Positions 1-13,384 of a DNA stretch of 64,000 nucleotides are shown piece by piece. Positions within the stretch are counted from its first letter, which is position 1. The number at the start of each line of letters is the position of its first letter. This DNA comes from the human T2T-CHM13v2.0 reference genome, Homo sapiens: NCBI RefSeq assembly GCF_009914755.1, contig NC_060935.1; one strand, 5' to 3'. Made by a program: the position numbers and the translations under genes. The notes under the pieces are model-generated. The model saw only the letters and a list, made by a program, of their open reading frames with translations, did not search any database and had not been told where the DNA came from.

Positions 1-59
1 ACCAACCTGCTTTGGCCCCATAGTGAAGATCCCACCAGGTCTTCCCTGCACATACTGAA

Positions 60-245
60 GAATGTAGGCTGTGGACCATGAGCAAATTACATATTCTCCT
101 TCACCTCAGTTTCCTCATCTGTAAAACAGGGATTAAATAGCACCTCCTTCAAGGGTAATGAGGGGTAAAGGAAGATTTAATGGGACAATCCATTTAAAGG
201 GTCTCAGAAGACTGGCACATAGTAAATGGTAACTATCATTATTCC
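60..245 (+). mobile_element. MIR SINE fragment
   Basis: MIR core CTCAGTTTCCTCATCTGTAAAACAGGG at ~105-131, followed by a typical MIR 3' segment. Confidence 0.75.
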
Positions 246-262
246 TGCGACTACTGAACTCC

Positions 263-302
263 AAAAAAAAAAAAAAAAAAAAAAAGGAAAAAAGGAAAAA
301 AA
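263..302 (+). repeat. A-rich/poly(A) tract
   Basis: Long A run followed by GGAAAAAA units. Confidence 0.9.
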
Positions 303-611
303 TGGGAACATTAAATTCTTGCAAACAGCCTGGTCCATTCTTACCTTTAAGGATATTGACTTATCTCCAGATTTCAAATTGTTAGGGATAAGTGTATAAA
401 CTTTTAATCAGTTGCTTTCCCTCAAACTCCAATTTCAACCTTGTGTGCATGGAAAGGGGCCAGCAAGTATGCTGAGAGTATTTCTCTCCCTTTACTTAAA
501 CCCTAGGAACGCTCCGATTTCTCCACTCATCTGGATCAATGTGTAGAAACATCTCTTCACCCTTAAGTGTAAGTTTAGCCAAGACTTCCATTAACATTTT
601 TCAAGAGGATA

Positions 612-616
612 ACACA

Positions 617-659
<43 letters not shown>
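612..659 (+). repeat. (CA)n microsatellite
   Basis: About 20 near-perfect CA units. Confidence 0.97.
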
Positions 660-661
<2 letters not shown>

Positions 662-3642
662 ACCTGGAAATAACTGAGCAAAAGTAGTTCAAGTTTCTTA
701 GATTATACTCACCAATTATTGGTTGCCACTGCTCAAAAAGTACCCTGCCCTTACCTTGCCGTCCTTGACACAACCTGCTTAAATGGCAAAGTCTTATAAC
801 CCATGGCAGGCTTGGGCTGGCCCAGCTGCCGAGTGTGGTAGGAATTCTAACCCTCCCGCTGGACTCTTTCCCGAAGCCCTTTCTCCAGCTGGGGGCTGTC
901 ATCCGTCGTCTCAGACCTGGACTCCCAAGCCTCCCCTGTCCTGGTCCCTCAGGTGAGTGGGACACTTTCTGACTGTCTCTGGGCCTTAGGCTAGCCCCTC
1001 CCTTTACCTCTCTCCTGGAGATTTCCATGGTTCCAGTTCTACCTTTGCTGTTGATTCTTTCTTCTCTGCCTGTTTTACTGCTGTGCAGTTTTATTTGGCA
1101 GAAGCATGTACATCAGCTGAAGTTAACACTGGTTCTACCCTTCTCTACAGTTCCTAGTCTTCATCCATCTCTTAACATGGCATTTGGGTCTGGCCTTTGT
1201 GACAGCCGCTTCTTTCTCTAGGGTTGCTTGTCTTACATCACTGCCTTTCAAACCTTGAGTTTCCATTAGGACCACCCATTGGGTTCTTGTTTCCTGTGAC
1301 CTAATTTGTTGTGAGCTAATCTGCCGGGAGCTGATTTGCTTAACAGAAATGATTGATACCTCCTTTGTCCAATAACTGTTCAAGCCTCTCCTGCTTCTGT
1401 TTTTAGCACTCCCCCTTCCTCAAATTCCCTTTGTTGACTCATTCCTCTAGAGGCTTTAAGGATCTTCCAGAATTCTGACATCAGTTTAGCAGAATCAAAC
1501 ACATTATGCATATACTATATTTTCCACATATAGTAGATGGAAAAAGACACCATTTGCAAGTAAAGAATCACATTTCTTGCGGCTAGGAAGCACTTGGTTA
1601 GACAAGAGAGGTGATTTATTTACTTCTTCTATGGTTGCTGAGGCAATGGATAGGAAATGTCTCTGCCTCAGGCAATCCCAATGAATTTTTGCTTCCAGTT
1701 GTAACCAGTTTGCTGACAGAGCAATAGGCCAGGCTCCCAATATTGTTCAGGCCATGGCATATGTAGAAAGTCATAATTGTATTATGGCCAAAGAGATCCA
1801 GATATGTTCACTTCCGGGGCTCTGCCTTCTCCAGACCCCACACAGTTATGTTGAGAGCTGAGGGAATTACTATCTCAGCACATCCTCAACTCATCCTGCT
1901 CGGGCCCAGGGCTAGGGAAGCACTGCATGAGGTTTCCAGTAGGAGTAACTTAACTTTCTGTTTACCCCACTGCCCTTCAAACCTTCTCTATGCAATCTTC
2001 TTTCTCCATGTCTGGAAGAAGTCCTGGCAGCTCCCTTTGCTTTCCTAGGTACGTTTGGGGATGATCTTATTTTCTATTTAGCTTAAATCAAAATGCAATT
2101 CTCACCCATTTCAAAGCTTCTCCCCTTCCCAACAGTTCAATCCCAGCCTCAGAAACTTGCAGCAGGAAATAGGATGGGCTGTCTTTCTCTCCTTGCCCCT
2201 GCCCCCACCTTCCTGCTGTGACCTCCTGGTTGGAGGCCAGGTAGTGAGTGCCAAGGGCTTACTTGGCCATTGCCCTCCATATTTGGGGTTGCTGATGTCT
2301 GTGTAGCAGACATCCCAGTGCTGGCTCTTTCTCACCTGGGGCAGCAGTGCACCCCATTCAGCCTTTCTGCCAGGGTTGCCTCATTTGACCCAAGCTTTGC
2401 TATCTTCTGTGCTTACCCCTCAGCCAAAGGGAAAGCTTAGTCATGCTGCCTCACTGGTCGAAATGCAAGTGGGTCCTTCAGCCTTTTCACGCCTTGCCTT
2501 TCCATCACAGGCGGCAGGTATTTCGACTTCTGCACATGAAGGGAGGCCCCAGTCTTTGAATCCAGAAACACAGGACAAGCTCTTCAAAGGTCACTCCAGG
2601 CCCCTGATAGCCCTGGGGCTGTGTGTTCCCTGTGCTCAAAGCCCTTCAGCTGACTGAAGCCAATCTCATACATGTATCAGGATCAAGAGAAGAAACTGGG
2701 ATTATATGAAGTCAGGTCGCTCACGAGGTTCAGTACTTTTTTGTCTATTTAATTTTTAAGAATTAAAACCAAGCTCTTATTTAAACTAGCAGCAATACTT
2801 ATTGGCAGCTGCAATTAATATTCACAGGAGCCTATTATTGAAGACACAGTTCCGTTGCTTCTGACATCACTGCCCAAGTCTGTTTGGAATCTGGAGCAGC
2901 TCTCCTGGAGATGTTTCAGCCATCCTGGAGTTCAGAGACTCTCCTCACACAAAACTTTTCCCAGAGTCCAGGCTCGGCCTTTTACTACGATTTGTGCCCT
3001 GGATTCTGCAGCCTGTCTTATAACACATCATCAGAGTCCCTCAAGATTCTCAAATGATTACATTTCAAATGAGAGAATTTTAATGCCTTCCAGGAAAATG
3101 TAGATGTTTTTCTTAGACATACTCAGCAAATCCCATGCAATATATTGAATGACCTGCATGAAAATGTTTGGGCGGACATTTCCTCAGAGGGCAGGCTGCC
3201 ACATTCCTTTCCCATGAGCACAGCTTTCTAGGTGGCACAGAGAGGTAATGCCCAGCCTTCTGTCTCCTGAGGCCGGGTTTTCTCCCATTGACACCCATAG
3301 CTGCTGCGAGCATGCAGCATGAGCACCCAAGATCATTGAGGCAGAACTGGTGCCAGCGGCCAGGGCATTGGAGGAATTACACTTTTACCTTCTCCCTGGA
3401 TCTCCTGCACTGTGACTGTTTTGAAAATGTTACAGAGCCGGCTGCCCACTATATACAGAGGTGGAAAAACACAAAGGAAGAAAATAAAAACAACAAAAAC
3501 CTTTAAAATCACAAACAAACAAAAAATCCAATCACCGCCCATTACCCAGATCTGGGGGCAAATTCCTTCACCAGATTTTGTACTGTGAGTGATGTTAGAG
3601 CAGAATGTTCTACTAGAGGCTATTAAAAGCATTGAGAATATC

Positions 3643-4566
3643 ATAGAAATGGAATCATACAGTATATATCCTTTGAAGACCAGCTTCTTTCACTCAGCAT
3701 GTCTTTGAGGTTCATTTGAATTGTTGTGTGTATCAATATAGCTTGTTCCTTCTTATATCTGGGTAATATTTCATGGTATCATGCTACAGTTTGCTCTTTC
3801 ATTTACATGTTGAAGGACATTAGGGTTAATTGCAGTTTTTGGCAATTCTGAATACAGCTGCTATAAACATTATGTATGAGTATTTGTGTTCACACATTTT
3901 TTTGTGTGTGGTGAAGTATTTCTCAACCTTAGCACCACTGATATTTTGGGCAGGATGATTATTTGTTGGCAGGGGTGTGGGATTTGTCCTGTGCATTGTG
4001 GAATGTTTAGCACCAACATTAGATGCTTCCCCATTTGTGACAAAGAAAAATATTTCCAGACATAGCCCTGGGAGACAAAATTACTTCCAGCTGCAATTCT
4101 CTGCTCTCAGGTAGGTACCCAGGAGTGGAATTGCTGCTGAGTCACCTGATAAGTGTATGTTTGATTTTATAAGAAATAGCCAAACTATTTTCCAGAGTGT
4201 CTGAACCATTTTGCATTCCCATCAGCATTGTTGCTGCACATTCTCGTCAGCACTTGGTATTCTCATTTTTTTTCTTAGCAATTCTAATAGTTGTGTAGTG
4301 ATTTCTCATTGTGCTTTTAATTGCATTTCCCTAATGGCTAATGACATTGAACTTCCTTTTGAATGCTTATTTGCCAGCTTTATATCCTCTGGAAAAACGT
4401 CTATTCAAATACTTTGCCATTTTCAATTAGATTGTTGATTTTCTTATTGTTGAAGCTTTTTACATATTCTGGATACGAGCCTTTCTTGCATAAGTGATTT
4501 GCAAATATTTTGTCCCAGTGTATAACTTGTCTTTTTAGTTTCTTAAGATTGTTTTATGCAGAGCAA
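3643..4566 (-). mobile_element. Old L1 (L1MB/L1MC-like) 3' region, interrupted by MER20
   Basis: Antisense L1M 3' motifs: ATGGAATCATACAGTAT, CTTTCACTCAGCAT, TTTAATTGCATTTCCCTAATGGCTAATGA, TTTGCAAATATTTT. Confidence 0.85.
3914..4100 (-). mobile_element. MER20 (hAT-Charlie) DNA transposon fragment
   Basis: TTTCTCAACCTTAGCAC...ATTTTGGGCAGG...TGTCCTGTGCATTGTGGAATGTTTAGCA matches the MER20 reverse complement. Confidence 0.75.
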
Positions 4567-4569
4567 AGT

Positions 4570-4620
4570 TTGTGTGTGTGTGTGTGTGCGTGTGTGTGCA
4601 CCCCCATCCATGTGTGTGTG
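4570..4620 (+). repeat. Interrupted (TG)n microsatellite at the 3' end of the retrocopy
   Basis: TG runs next to TTTT, where the pseudogene poly(A) tail is expected. Confidence 0.85.
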
Positions 4621-6620
4621 TTTTCCAAGGTAACCAGTTTTAGGTTCGCATGCATAAACGGTAATTTTGGACAGGAGACTGAGGTGCAGGATGAATCTCC
4701 TCAAAAAGAGTCTCCCCTTCAGCAGTCCAGGGATGCAGAATGTGTCCGGTCTCTCTCCTCCCCAGATAGAAGGAAAATATGCACATCAGTGCACACCAAT
4801 GGTCAGAAAACCCCCAGGAACCCATGCAGGTGGGAAGTGAGGGGGATAGCTCCTTATCAGTTGGGGAAAGAGAAAAATGGACCTAACAGAAGTCATGATA
4901 GGGCAGAAGTAGCAAGATTGCAGTTTTCCATGAATATGAGGGCAGGGCAGGCCGGTGGACCCTAGGGCAAGAGGGACTTTGACACTCAGGTGGTAAAAGA
5001 CGTAATTGTTCTCATAATGGCATTGCCCTTTATCATCAAATGTCAGCAAACAGAGCAGGTTGATCTGTCTCCTTCATGGCTGTAGCTTCCATCTTGACCT
5101 CAGTGGCCCAGGGCCATCATGGCCAGAGTGCTCACGAGAGGGCAGACCTTGATGGTCATGGCCTCAGTGACCAGGGACATCATGAGGCTTGGGGTCACAG
5201 CATCCCCCATGTCCAGGACCTTCATGAAAAATCTTCACTGCCCCCACTTATGCCACCACCAGTACTTTCATGAAAGAGATGCTTATTGGTGATGATGCCC
5301 ACCAACTCTAACAATGATCCCACCAGAATTTCTTCATCCATTTAGGGGTCCTACTCCAGAGAGACTTCCTCTGGCCCCTCAGAGTGGAGGAGGTGGGAAA
5401 GGTTCATTTTCTTTTTGGCCACCACAGGCTTTATGGTATGATCCAGGAATTGGTTCTTGACTCTCCCCTCAATATTAGGCCACCCTGCATGGGGTCACCT
5501 GGGCTATCCCAGAAGGGGTCATCTTTCACTGGAGGGATTGGGGGACCCAGAAGATGTGGATCAACTGCCCATCAGGGTCTCCAGAGCCTCCATAGAAACC
5601 AGGTATAGGTCGCCAGTGCCAGGGGGAAAATGTCTTTGGACCTCCCAGGGCCTCCTGGTAGGAAACGACGGACTATTCAACCAGGACCTCAGAGGTTAGG
5701 TGGCAAGAGCAATCAGTCATCTTATCTGAATAGTCTGGTTGTTTTAGAAGTTATTTTGAGGGCTGACTGTTTGGGCTACCCATGATGAAAGTAAGGCTCT
5801 CCTGGACATTGATGCCTTCTTCTTCAGAGCTCAATAAACCCTTCCAGGTACCTATGCTTCCCAGAAGATTGGCCAAAACAGGAGGCAACTTAGAACTGTC
5901 TGCCCCATCAGGCCACCTGATCCCTCAGGCTCCAGGATCTTAACATATGGGTCTTATTCGTGGAACGCTCCTCATCTAGGAGGTTGAGCTCATAGGGTAT
6001 GGGTTCATAGGGGTCAGGATCAGTTCATGAGGACTCACCTTGTCCAGGAAGAGCTTCTGAAAAATTCCTTCCTCCCACCTCAGGTTACATGTTTCACTCC
6101 TGGCTGTTGCTTCCTGAAGTGACAAGAGGTGACGAGAGCAGACCCAGGGACTAGGGGCACATTCAGGGCACCTTTACCTTTATGTTGTCATGACTCAGAC
6201 ACTGGCCCATTTCAAATGCAGGTTGGTCTGACAGTGTCTCTCAGACCCCTAGCCAAACTCCTTGATCTTATTCACATTTCTTTGTTTGGATCCATCTACT
6301 TCAAAATATAAATATTCTCTCAGTTTGTTCCTGCCATGTCACAATTGCCTTCTTCCAGTTTTTATTAATCCGTTGGCTAGGATCTTCAGGATTCTCTACT
6401 GGCTTAGCATCCAGAGCCCCTGACACCAAAGAAGCTACACCCATGAGCTCTGAGACTTCAACAGGGAGTAATGGGGTCCCTTGACAGTCTTTGTCTGCAG
6501 CCTCAGAAGGAGGTGCTGATCCTGGGAAAGAAATTTTGGCTGTGCTTGGTTCTATGCATGCTTTTCCTTCGACGGGGCTTGACTTGGCAACTGGGAGTGA
6601 CAGCACCTTCTTAATTTTGA
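4621..6620 (-). pseudogene. PPP1R10P1: Processed, 5'-truncated pseudogene of PPP1R10 (PNUTS, PP1 nuclear targeting subunit)
   Basis: Minus-strand translation follows the C-terminal two-thirds of PNUTS with no introns. [26 protein letters not shown]...[14 protein letters not shown]...KKAIVTW matches parent [25 protein letters not shown]...[14 protein letters not shown]...KRKSVTW. Then NVNKIKEFG*, His/Gly repeats (HEGPGHGG..PHDVPGH*GHDH) and a CCCH finger remnant (CHYENNYVFYH vs CRYENNCAFYH). Parental stop at 4962-4964, then ~340 nt of presumed 3'UTR. Multiple stops and frameshifts. Parent sequence and the P1 symbol are from memory. Confidence 0.93.
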
Positions 6621-7502
6621 GTTTGCAGATTAGTTCTTCTGCTTAAGTCTGCTGTTGAGGCTCTCTATCACATTTTTCATTTCATTCATTGTATTGCTGA
6701 GCTCCAGAATTTCTGTTTAGTTCTTTTCTATTATTTCTCTTTGGTGAAGTTTTCATTTTGTTCATGCATTTTTTTTTTCTGATTTTGTTGAATTGTCTAT
6801 CTGTGTTCTCTTTTAGCTTGCTGAATTTCTTTGAAAACATTTATCTTAAATCCTTTGTCAGGCAATTTGTAGATTTCTATTTCTTTGGAATTTGTAACTG
6901 AAAATTATTGTATTCCTTTCATGGTATTATGTTTTCTTGATTTTTGTGTTCCTTGTAGTCTTGCATCTGTCTGTGCATTTGAAGGAGCAGTCACCTGTCC
7001 TAGACTTTATAGACTGGCTTTGGTGGGAAAAGACATTCTTCTGTGGATGGGTGTGAAGGCATGAGCTGCGTGAAGCATGGCAGCTCTGGTTCAGGGGGTG
7101 GTTGTAGGGTCACCTCCTGCTTTGAGGGGTGTGATAGCATAGACTCTGGTCAACTTCATCAGCTAAGATTGGTGTCAGTGAGGCCAAGGCTGTAGGTATT
7201 TTAGTGGTGGTGAGGGCTGCTTGAGTACTCAATCATGAAGGGTGCTGTGGTCCTCCTATTCTCTTTCCCCCTCTAGGGGGAAGTCATGGCTGAGGGGATA
7301 TCTCTTGGTTCCAAGGTCAGGGCATGTGTGCGGTGGTGCTGGGGTTAGGGGGTGGATTCAGCCCTGGGAACATGGGGTAGGGGGCAGTGGCACCTCATTC
7401 CCTGGAGGGGGAGTAGTGGTATGGACTCTGGGCAAATCCATCAGCTGGTTTCACTGTCAGCAAAGAATGCAGAGATCCTTGGTGGCAAAAACTGTGGGTG
7501 TG

Positions 7503-8306
<804 letters not shown>

Positions 8307-8479
8307 CACGCTCAGTTTTTGTACTCCAGTGGTTTGCTGTGGCTTTTTTGTTGTTATATTCCAGAGCTCTCTTAGAGATATTTTAGTGAGTAGGTAGTTG
8401 TTTAATCATCATTTTTATGGGGGCAATAGAATTGGGACCTTCTACTCTGCCATGTTTCTGACATCATTTTTAGATGTCC

Positions 8480-8800
8480 TCTTTTGACCCATGAATTACT
8501 TGGAAGTCATTTTTACATTTCCAAGTATTTGGAGGTTTTTCCTGTTGCCTTGTATTGTTGGTTTCTAGTTAGTTCCATTATGATCTGAGAACATTCTTTG
8601 TATGATTTCAGTTCTTTCCAATTTGTTATTTTAAATTTATAATCCAGAATAGTGCCTGTCCTGGTGAGTGTTTTATGGCACTTGAAAATCAATATTCTGC
8701 TGTTGCTGGGTGAGTATTCTATAAATATCAATTAGATTCAGTAGGTTGGCTGTGTTATTCTGTTCTTATCTGCTCAATTTACATATCACTGAGAAAGCAG
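8480..8800 (-). mobile_element. L1 ORF2 endonuclease-domain fragment
   Basis: ORF 8513..8731 and the surrounding DNA resemble a degenerate L1 endonuclease region. Confidence 0.7.
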
Positions 8801-9151
8801 TGCTTCTTTTCCTTAACAAGGAACTTAATTCTGCTTCTGCCACCTGCCTGGGATCATTAGCAGTATGGTACTACTTCAATCCAGTATCTCAGATGAGATG
8901 GTTTGAAGCTAAGATCTAATTCTTCTGAAGCCTGTATACTTCTGTTTAATCATACTTCTAAGGGTGTGGTGTACCAGTTATTCAATCCTTATCAACCTCC
9001 AGTTTCTTTCTTCCTGCACTAATGAGATTGTCAATAGATATTTTGACTATTTAGACTCAGGAATGGGAAATGCCCATAAGGCAAGAGTGCCCACTAGGTA
9101 GATGTCACTTCGATTGATCTCTGTTCTCCCCTGTGTAGTGACTGGTAATTC

Positions 9152-9201
9152 TTCAAGTGATTCTCCTGCCTCAGCCTCCCGAGTAGCTGGGACTACAGGC
9201 T
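9152..9201 (-). mobile_element. Isolated 50-bp Alu right-arm fragment
   Basis: TTCAAGTGATTCTCCTGCCTCAGCCTCCCGAGTAGCTGGGACTACAGGCT; no tail or TSD. Confidence 0.9.
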
Positions 9202-9769
9202 ACAACTTTTAGCTCTCCAGTACCTTCAAGCATATGCTTTTACTTATTTTTGCTTTCAGTTTTCTAGCTGGTCTCAACTAAAGGATTAATCTGTATTATT
9301 AAGTCAGGGATCACTAGAAGCAAAAATATTGTTTTTAGAATTAAAACAAAATCAGCAAGATCCCATCTCTCCCTTAAAAAAAGAATAATCTCTTGTGGGA
9401 TACAGTAAAAAGAAACAACATGAAGACTGTTAGGATAAAGTTATGAAGAGGATATTATGTGAGCACATATAAAAGATATTAATCCAGTTTAGGGTATAAA
9501 GTCTACATAGAAAAGGTATGAGGTATAGCCTTGAAGGACAAATGAGATTATCTTGATGAATATACAGAAGAATGTCTGTGAAGTGGAGTAGCATGTGCAA
9601 GCACATATGGGCAAGACGAAGCGTTATAGGTTCAGGAAACACAGACAGTTTATCCATTTTACTAATTAATTGAGTTAATTAATTGATTCAGTGAGCCAGT
9701 TACAATTGAACATCTAGTATGTCAGATAATGTTGGATATATGAAAATGAACAAAAGCAGATACAGAATG

Positions 9770-11680
9770 ACCAAGATGTAGTACTAGGGAGTGGATTTAC
9801 CCTCCTTGCTAGAACAACTAATAAACTGGACAAAATATATAAAGCAATATTTTTTTCAGATATTGGAAATATGGCAGCATAGGATAATGATCTCTGAGAC
9901 GGGGGAAAAAAGAGGGCTCTGTGTTTTCCCCAGATTAATTTTTGAGAAGTTTCTAGACTGTAATGAAGGGAGAAAGGGTGACCCAAGCAAGCCCAGTAAT
10001 CACCCTGATTTAAGAAGAAGAAATTGAGAGTCTGAGGAAACCACTATGGCTAGAGTTCATGGGATAGAGTACTAAAGAGGAGATAGCTGCTGAGAGATGA
10101 GAGAAAGAGATCTTCAGAGATATTCAGAAGGTTCTCTCAAGTATTCAGCTGAGAGCTGCTCAGCACCTGCATGTGACAAATCTATTGGATGCTGGGGAAA
10201 GAACTACCTGAAAGGAGCAGGGAAACAAAACCTAGGGCACACATAGAGCTGGGAATAGATTGTGTTCCCACCAACAGAGAAGAAAACTTCATACTATAAT
10301 TCAAAGGCATAAAAGCATTCAGAACAGTGATGCTTATTGCCTCAGCGGTGTGAAAGAACTGGCCCTAGACTAAAGGCTTGTCTGGTCCTGCGTAACAAAG
10401 CTTAAAAGAAATTTTAAGAGAAAAAACTGCCTCCAAGTAACCTAACTATGTCACAAAACAATGCTTCTACTTAAAAAAGTAGAAAAGGAGGAGCAAATTT
10501 AACGTAAAGTATAAGCAATGAAATAATAAGGATCAGAGTAGAAATAAAGGAAATATAAAAGAGAAAAACAATAAACTCAGTAAGACAAAAAATTTCCTTT
10601 TTTGAATAGATCAGTAAAAGAGAGAAGACACAAATTAACAGTATCAGGAATGAGAGGGAGTGACACCACCACAGCTTTTATAGATATTGAAAGTGCAAAA
10701 GGAATTTTTATAAACCACTTGATGCAAATCAATTTGAAAACTCAGATAAAATAGACAAATTACTTAAAAAACACAAACTACAAAAGCCCACTCAAGAATA
10801 AATAGATAACGTAAATATTGCCACATCTATTGATGAAATTTAACTTGCAGTTAAAAACCTTTCCAAAAGCAAGGCACATATGGTTCCTGCGTGGATTTCT
10901 ATCATATATTAAATGAAGAAATAATAATTTTGCAAAAACTCATCTAGAAAATTGAAGAGAAAAAACTTTCCAACTCAGTGTATGAGCCCAAAGACTTTAA
11001 AAGAAAAATACTAACCAATATACTTCAAGAATATAAATTCAAAATAATCTAAAATGTTTTCACTAAATCAAATTAAAAAATAAATGAAAATATTAATATA
11101 CTGTTACCAAATATTATTTATATTAGGGTTGCAATGTTGAGTTAACATTAAAAAGTCAAACAATATAATTTACCTTATTAGTAAGCAGAAAAAGCTGTAT
11201 GATCATCTCAATATATGCAGAAAATCACATGAAAAGTCTAACATCTATTCCTGGTAAAAATTTCCAACAAATTAAGAATAGAAGGGAACTTCCTCAATCT
11301 GAAAACAGATACCTACAAAAAGCCTACAATGAATGTAATTCTTACTGTTGAAAGACTGTATGCTTTTCCCCTAAGATCAGCAATAAAAAATGTCTAATCA
11401 TACTGTACAGTACTGTACTGAAGGTTCTAGCCAATGCAATAAGACAAAAAAAAAGAAAGAATTAAAAGGCATTTAGATTGGAAAGGCAGAAGTCAAACAG
11501 CCTTAATACACAGATGACATAATTATATATGTAGAAAATCTTAGATATATGAAGACAGTAAATAAGCTACAAAATGCTGCATAAATGAATAAATTAGTTA
11601 AGCAAGATTGTTAAATCCAAGATCAGTATATAAAATTAATTACATACCCATATGCTAGCAATAGTCTTTGACATTAAATA
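9770..11680 (+). mobile_element. Old L1M (5' region plus degenerate ORF2)
   Basis: A-rich sense L1 ORF2 motifs: AGAGAAGACACAAATTAAC, GATCATCTCAATATATGCAGAAAA, GAAGGGAACTTCCTCAATCTGA, CAGATGACATAATT. Confidence 0.85.
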
Positions 11681-12109
11681 CTAAATTGTGATATTGGGCC
11701 TTTCCTGGTCTCCAGCCTGGTATATGTACATTTTTTTTCTTTCTTCTTTTATCCCCATATCATGTAATAAAAGTTATATTGGCTTTATATTAGAATGTTT
11801 GAATATTGCTAACTTTACTTCCTAGTATTTAAGTATTGTTAACTTTATATTATTAAGTTACTAATATTAGTAAAGTGACATCATTATTTAAGTTATGGAA
11901 TATTGAGAAGAATAAATATCACCCCAAAATCTTGTGTCTTCTTCTGGGGAAAATGTTAATGTATTTTCATTTGTATGCAGAATACTTGTATCACGTTAGG
12001 ATACAAGAATACAAGTATTCTTGTAATTGTGACCACACATTCTTGACATGTTATTGAATACTTGACATGTTTTTGACATATGTTGTTGACAGCAGACCTT
12101 CAACTGATG

Positions 12110-12478
12110 TCATTGTTATTGTATCTACCCCAAATTTATATGTTGAAGACCTAACCCTTAATATGATGGCATTAGGAAATGAGGTCTTTGAGATTAACTG
12201 GGCTTAGATAACGTCATGAGGGTGGATCCCCCATGATGAGATTAGTGCCTTTATAGAAGGGGAAGAGATACCAGAGCTTTCTCTCCTGCCATGTGAGGAT
12301 ACAGCAAGAAGGAAGCTGGCTGTCGGCAAGCTAGAAAGAGGGACCTCACCAGAGGAGGACAATGCTGGCCTTCTGATCTCAGACTTCCCAGCCTCTAGAG
12401 CTGTGAGAAATAAATGTCTCTTGCTTAGCCCACCCAGCCTATGGTTTTTTGTTATGGCAGCCTGAGCTTACCAAGACA
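12110..12478 (+). mobile_element. MaLR LTR (MLT1A/MST-like)
   Basis: CCCCAAATTTATATGTTGAA...GATTAGTGCCTTTATA...CTGTGAGAAATAAATGT...GTTATGGCAGCCTGAGCT. Confidence 0.85.
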
Positions 12479-12479
12479 C

Positions 12480-12653
12480 CTGACTAGAACAAAAGACTGA
12501 CCTCCCATAAGCAAGAATGAATTCTATCAGCAGACAGCCTTTGGACTAGAACCAGACATTGGCTCTCGCCTGGGTCTCTAGCCTACCAGCTCACCCTGCA
12601 GATTTTAGACGTGCCAGCCTCCATAATTGCATGAACCGATTTCTCAAAATAAA

Positions 12654-12693
<40 letters not shown>

Positions 12694-12733
12694 AACATCC
12701 TATTGGTTTTGGTTCTCTGGAGAACTCTCACTA
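12480..12733 (+). mobile_element. MLT2 (ERVL) LTR 3' fragment
   Basis: CAGACAGCCTTTGGACT...GCCAGCCTCCATAATTGCATGA...AATAAATCTCTCT...CCTATTGGTT..TCTCTGGAGAAC. Confidence 0.8.
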
Positions 12734-13315
12734 CTGCAGTCACTTTGGAAAATAGTTTGGTGGTTTCTTAAAAAGTTAAACATCTACTCATCACATGACC
12801 TAGCCATTCCATTTACCTCAGGGAAGTAAAGCAAATGTTCACACAAGGACTGTCCATAGATGCTTATACCATCTTTATTTCTAATAGCCCCAAACTGGAA
12901 ACACCCCAGATATTTATTAATGGGTAAATTGATAAATTGTGGCATATCCATGCAATGGAGCAGTACTCAGCAATAAGGGGGAAAAAACCATTGATATACA
13001 CAGCAGCATGGTGAATCTCAAGTAATTATACTGACTGAAAGAAGCCAGGAAAAAGAGTGCTCATGGCATGATTTATTTTATACACAATTCTAGAAAATGT
13101 AAACTTACCTATAGTGTCAGAAGCAGATCAGTGGTTGCCTGGATATGGGAGGAGGGACAGAGGTTACAAAAGAGCATGATGAAACTTGGAAATGATAGAT
13201 GTGCTTATTATCTCGACTGTGGCAATGCTTTCGAATATGTCAAAGCTCATCCATTTGTACACTTAAATCTGTGCAGTTTATTGCATGTCAATTATACTCA
13301 GAAAAGCTGTAAATG
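12734..13315 (+). mobile_element. L1ME-like 3' end
   Basis: CACTTTGGAAAATAGTTTGG, AATAGCCCCAAACTGGAAAC, AGAAGCAGATCAGTGGTTGCCTGG, GTCAATTATACTCA. Confidence 0.85.
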
Positions 13316-13384
13316 CCCCCAAACAACAATGAAAACAAATCAGACACAGGCCATACCTTCTTGGTGTTCACTGTTTAGTGGGAT

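Noticed and set aside
6301-6606. 101-aa PNUTS-like ORF as a functional micro-protein
   Set aside because: Begins at a GTG inside a 5'-truncated pseudogene, goes out of frame just after the altered RVxF site, and has no promoter evidence.
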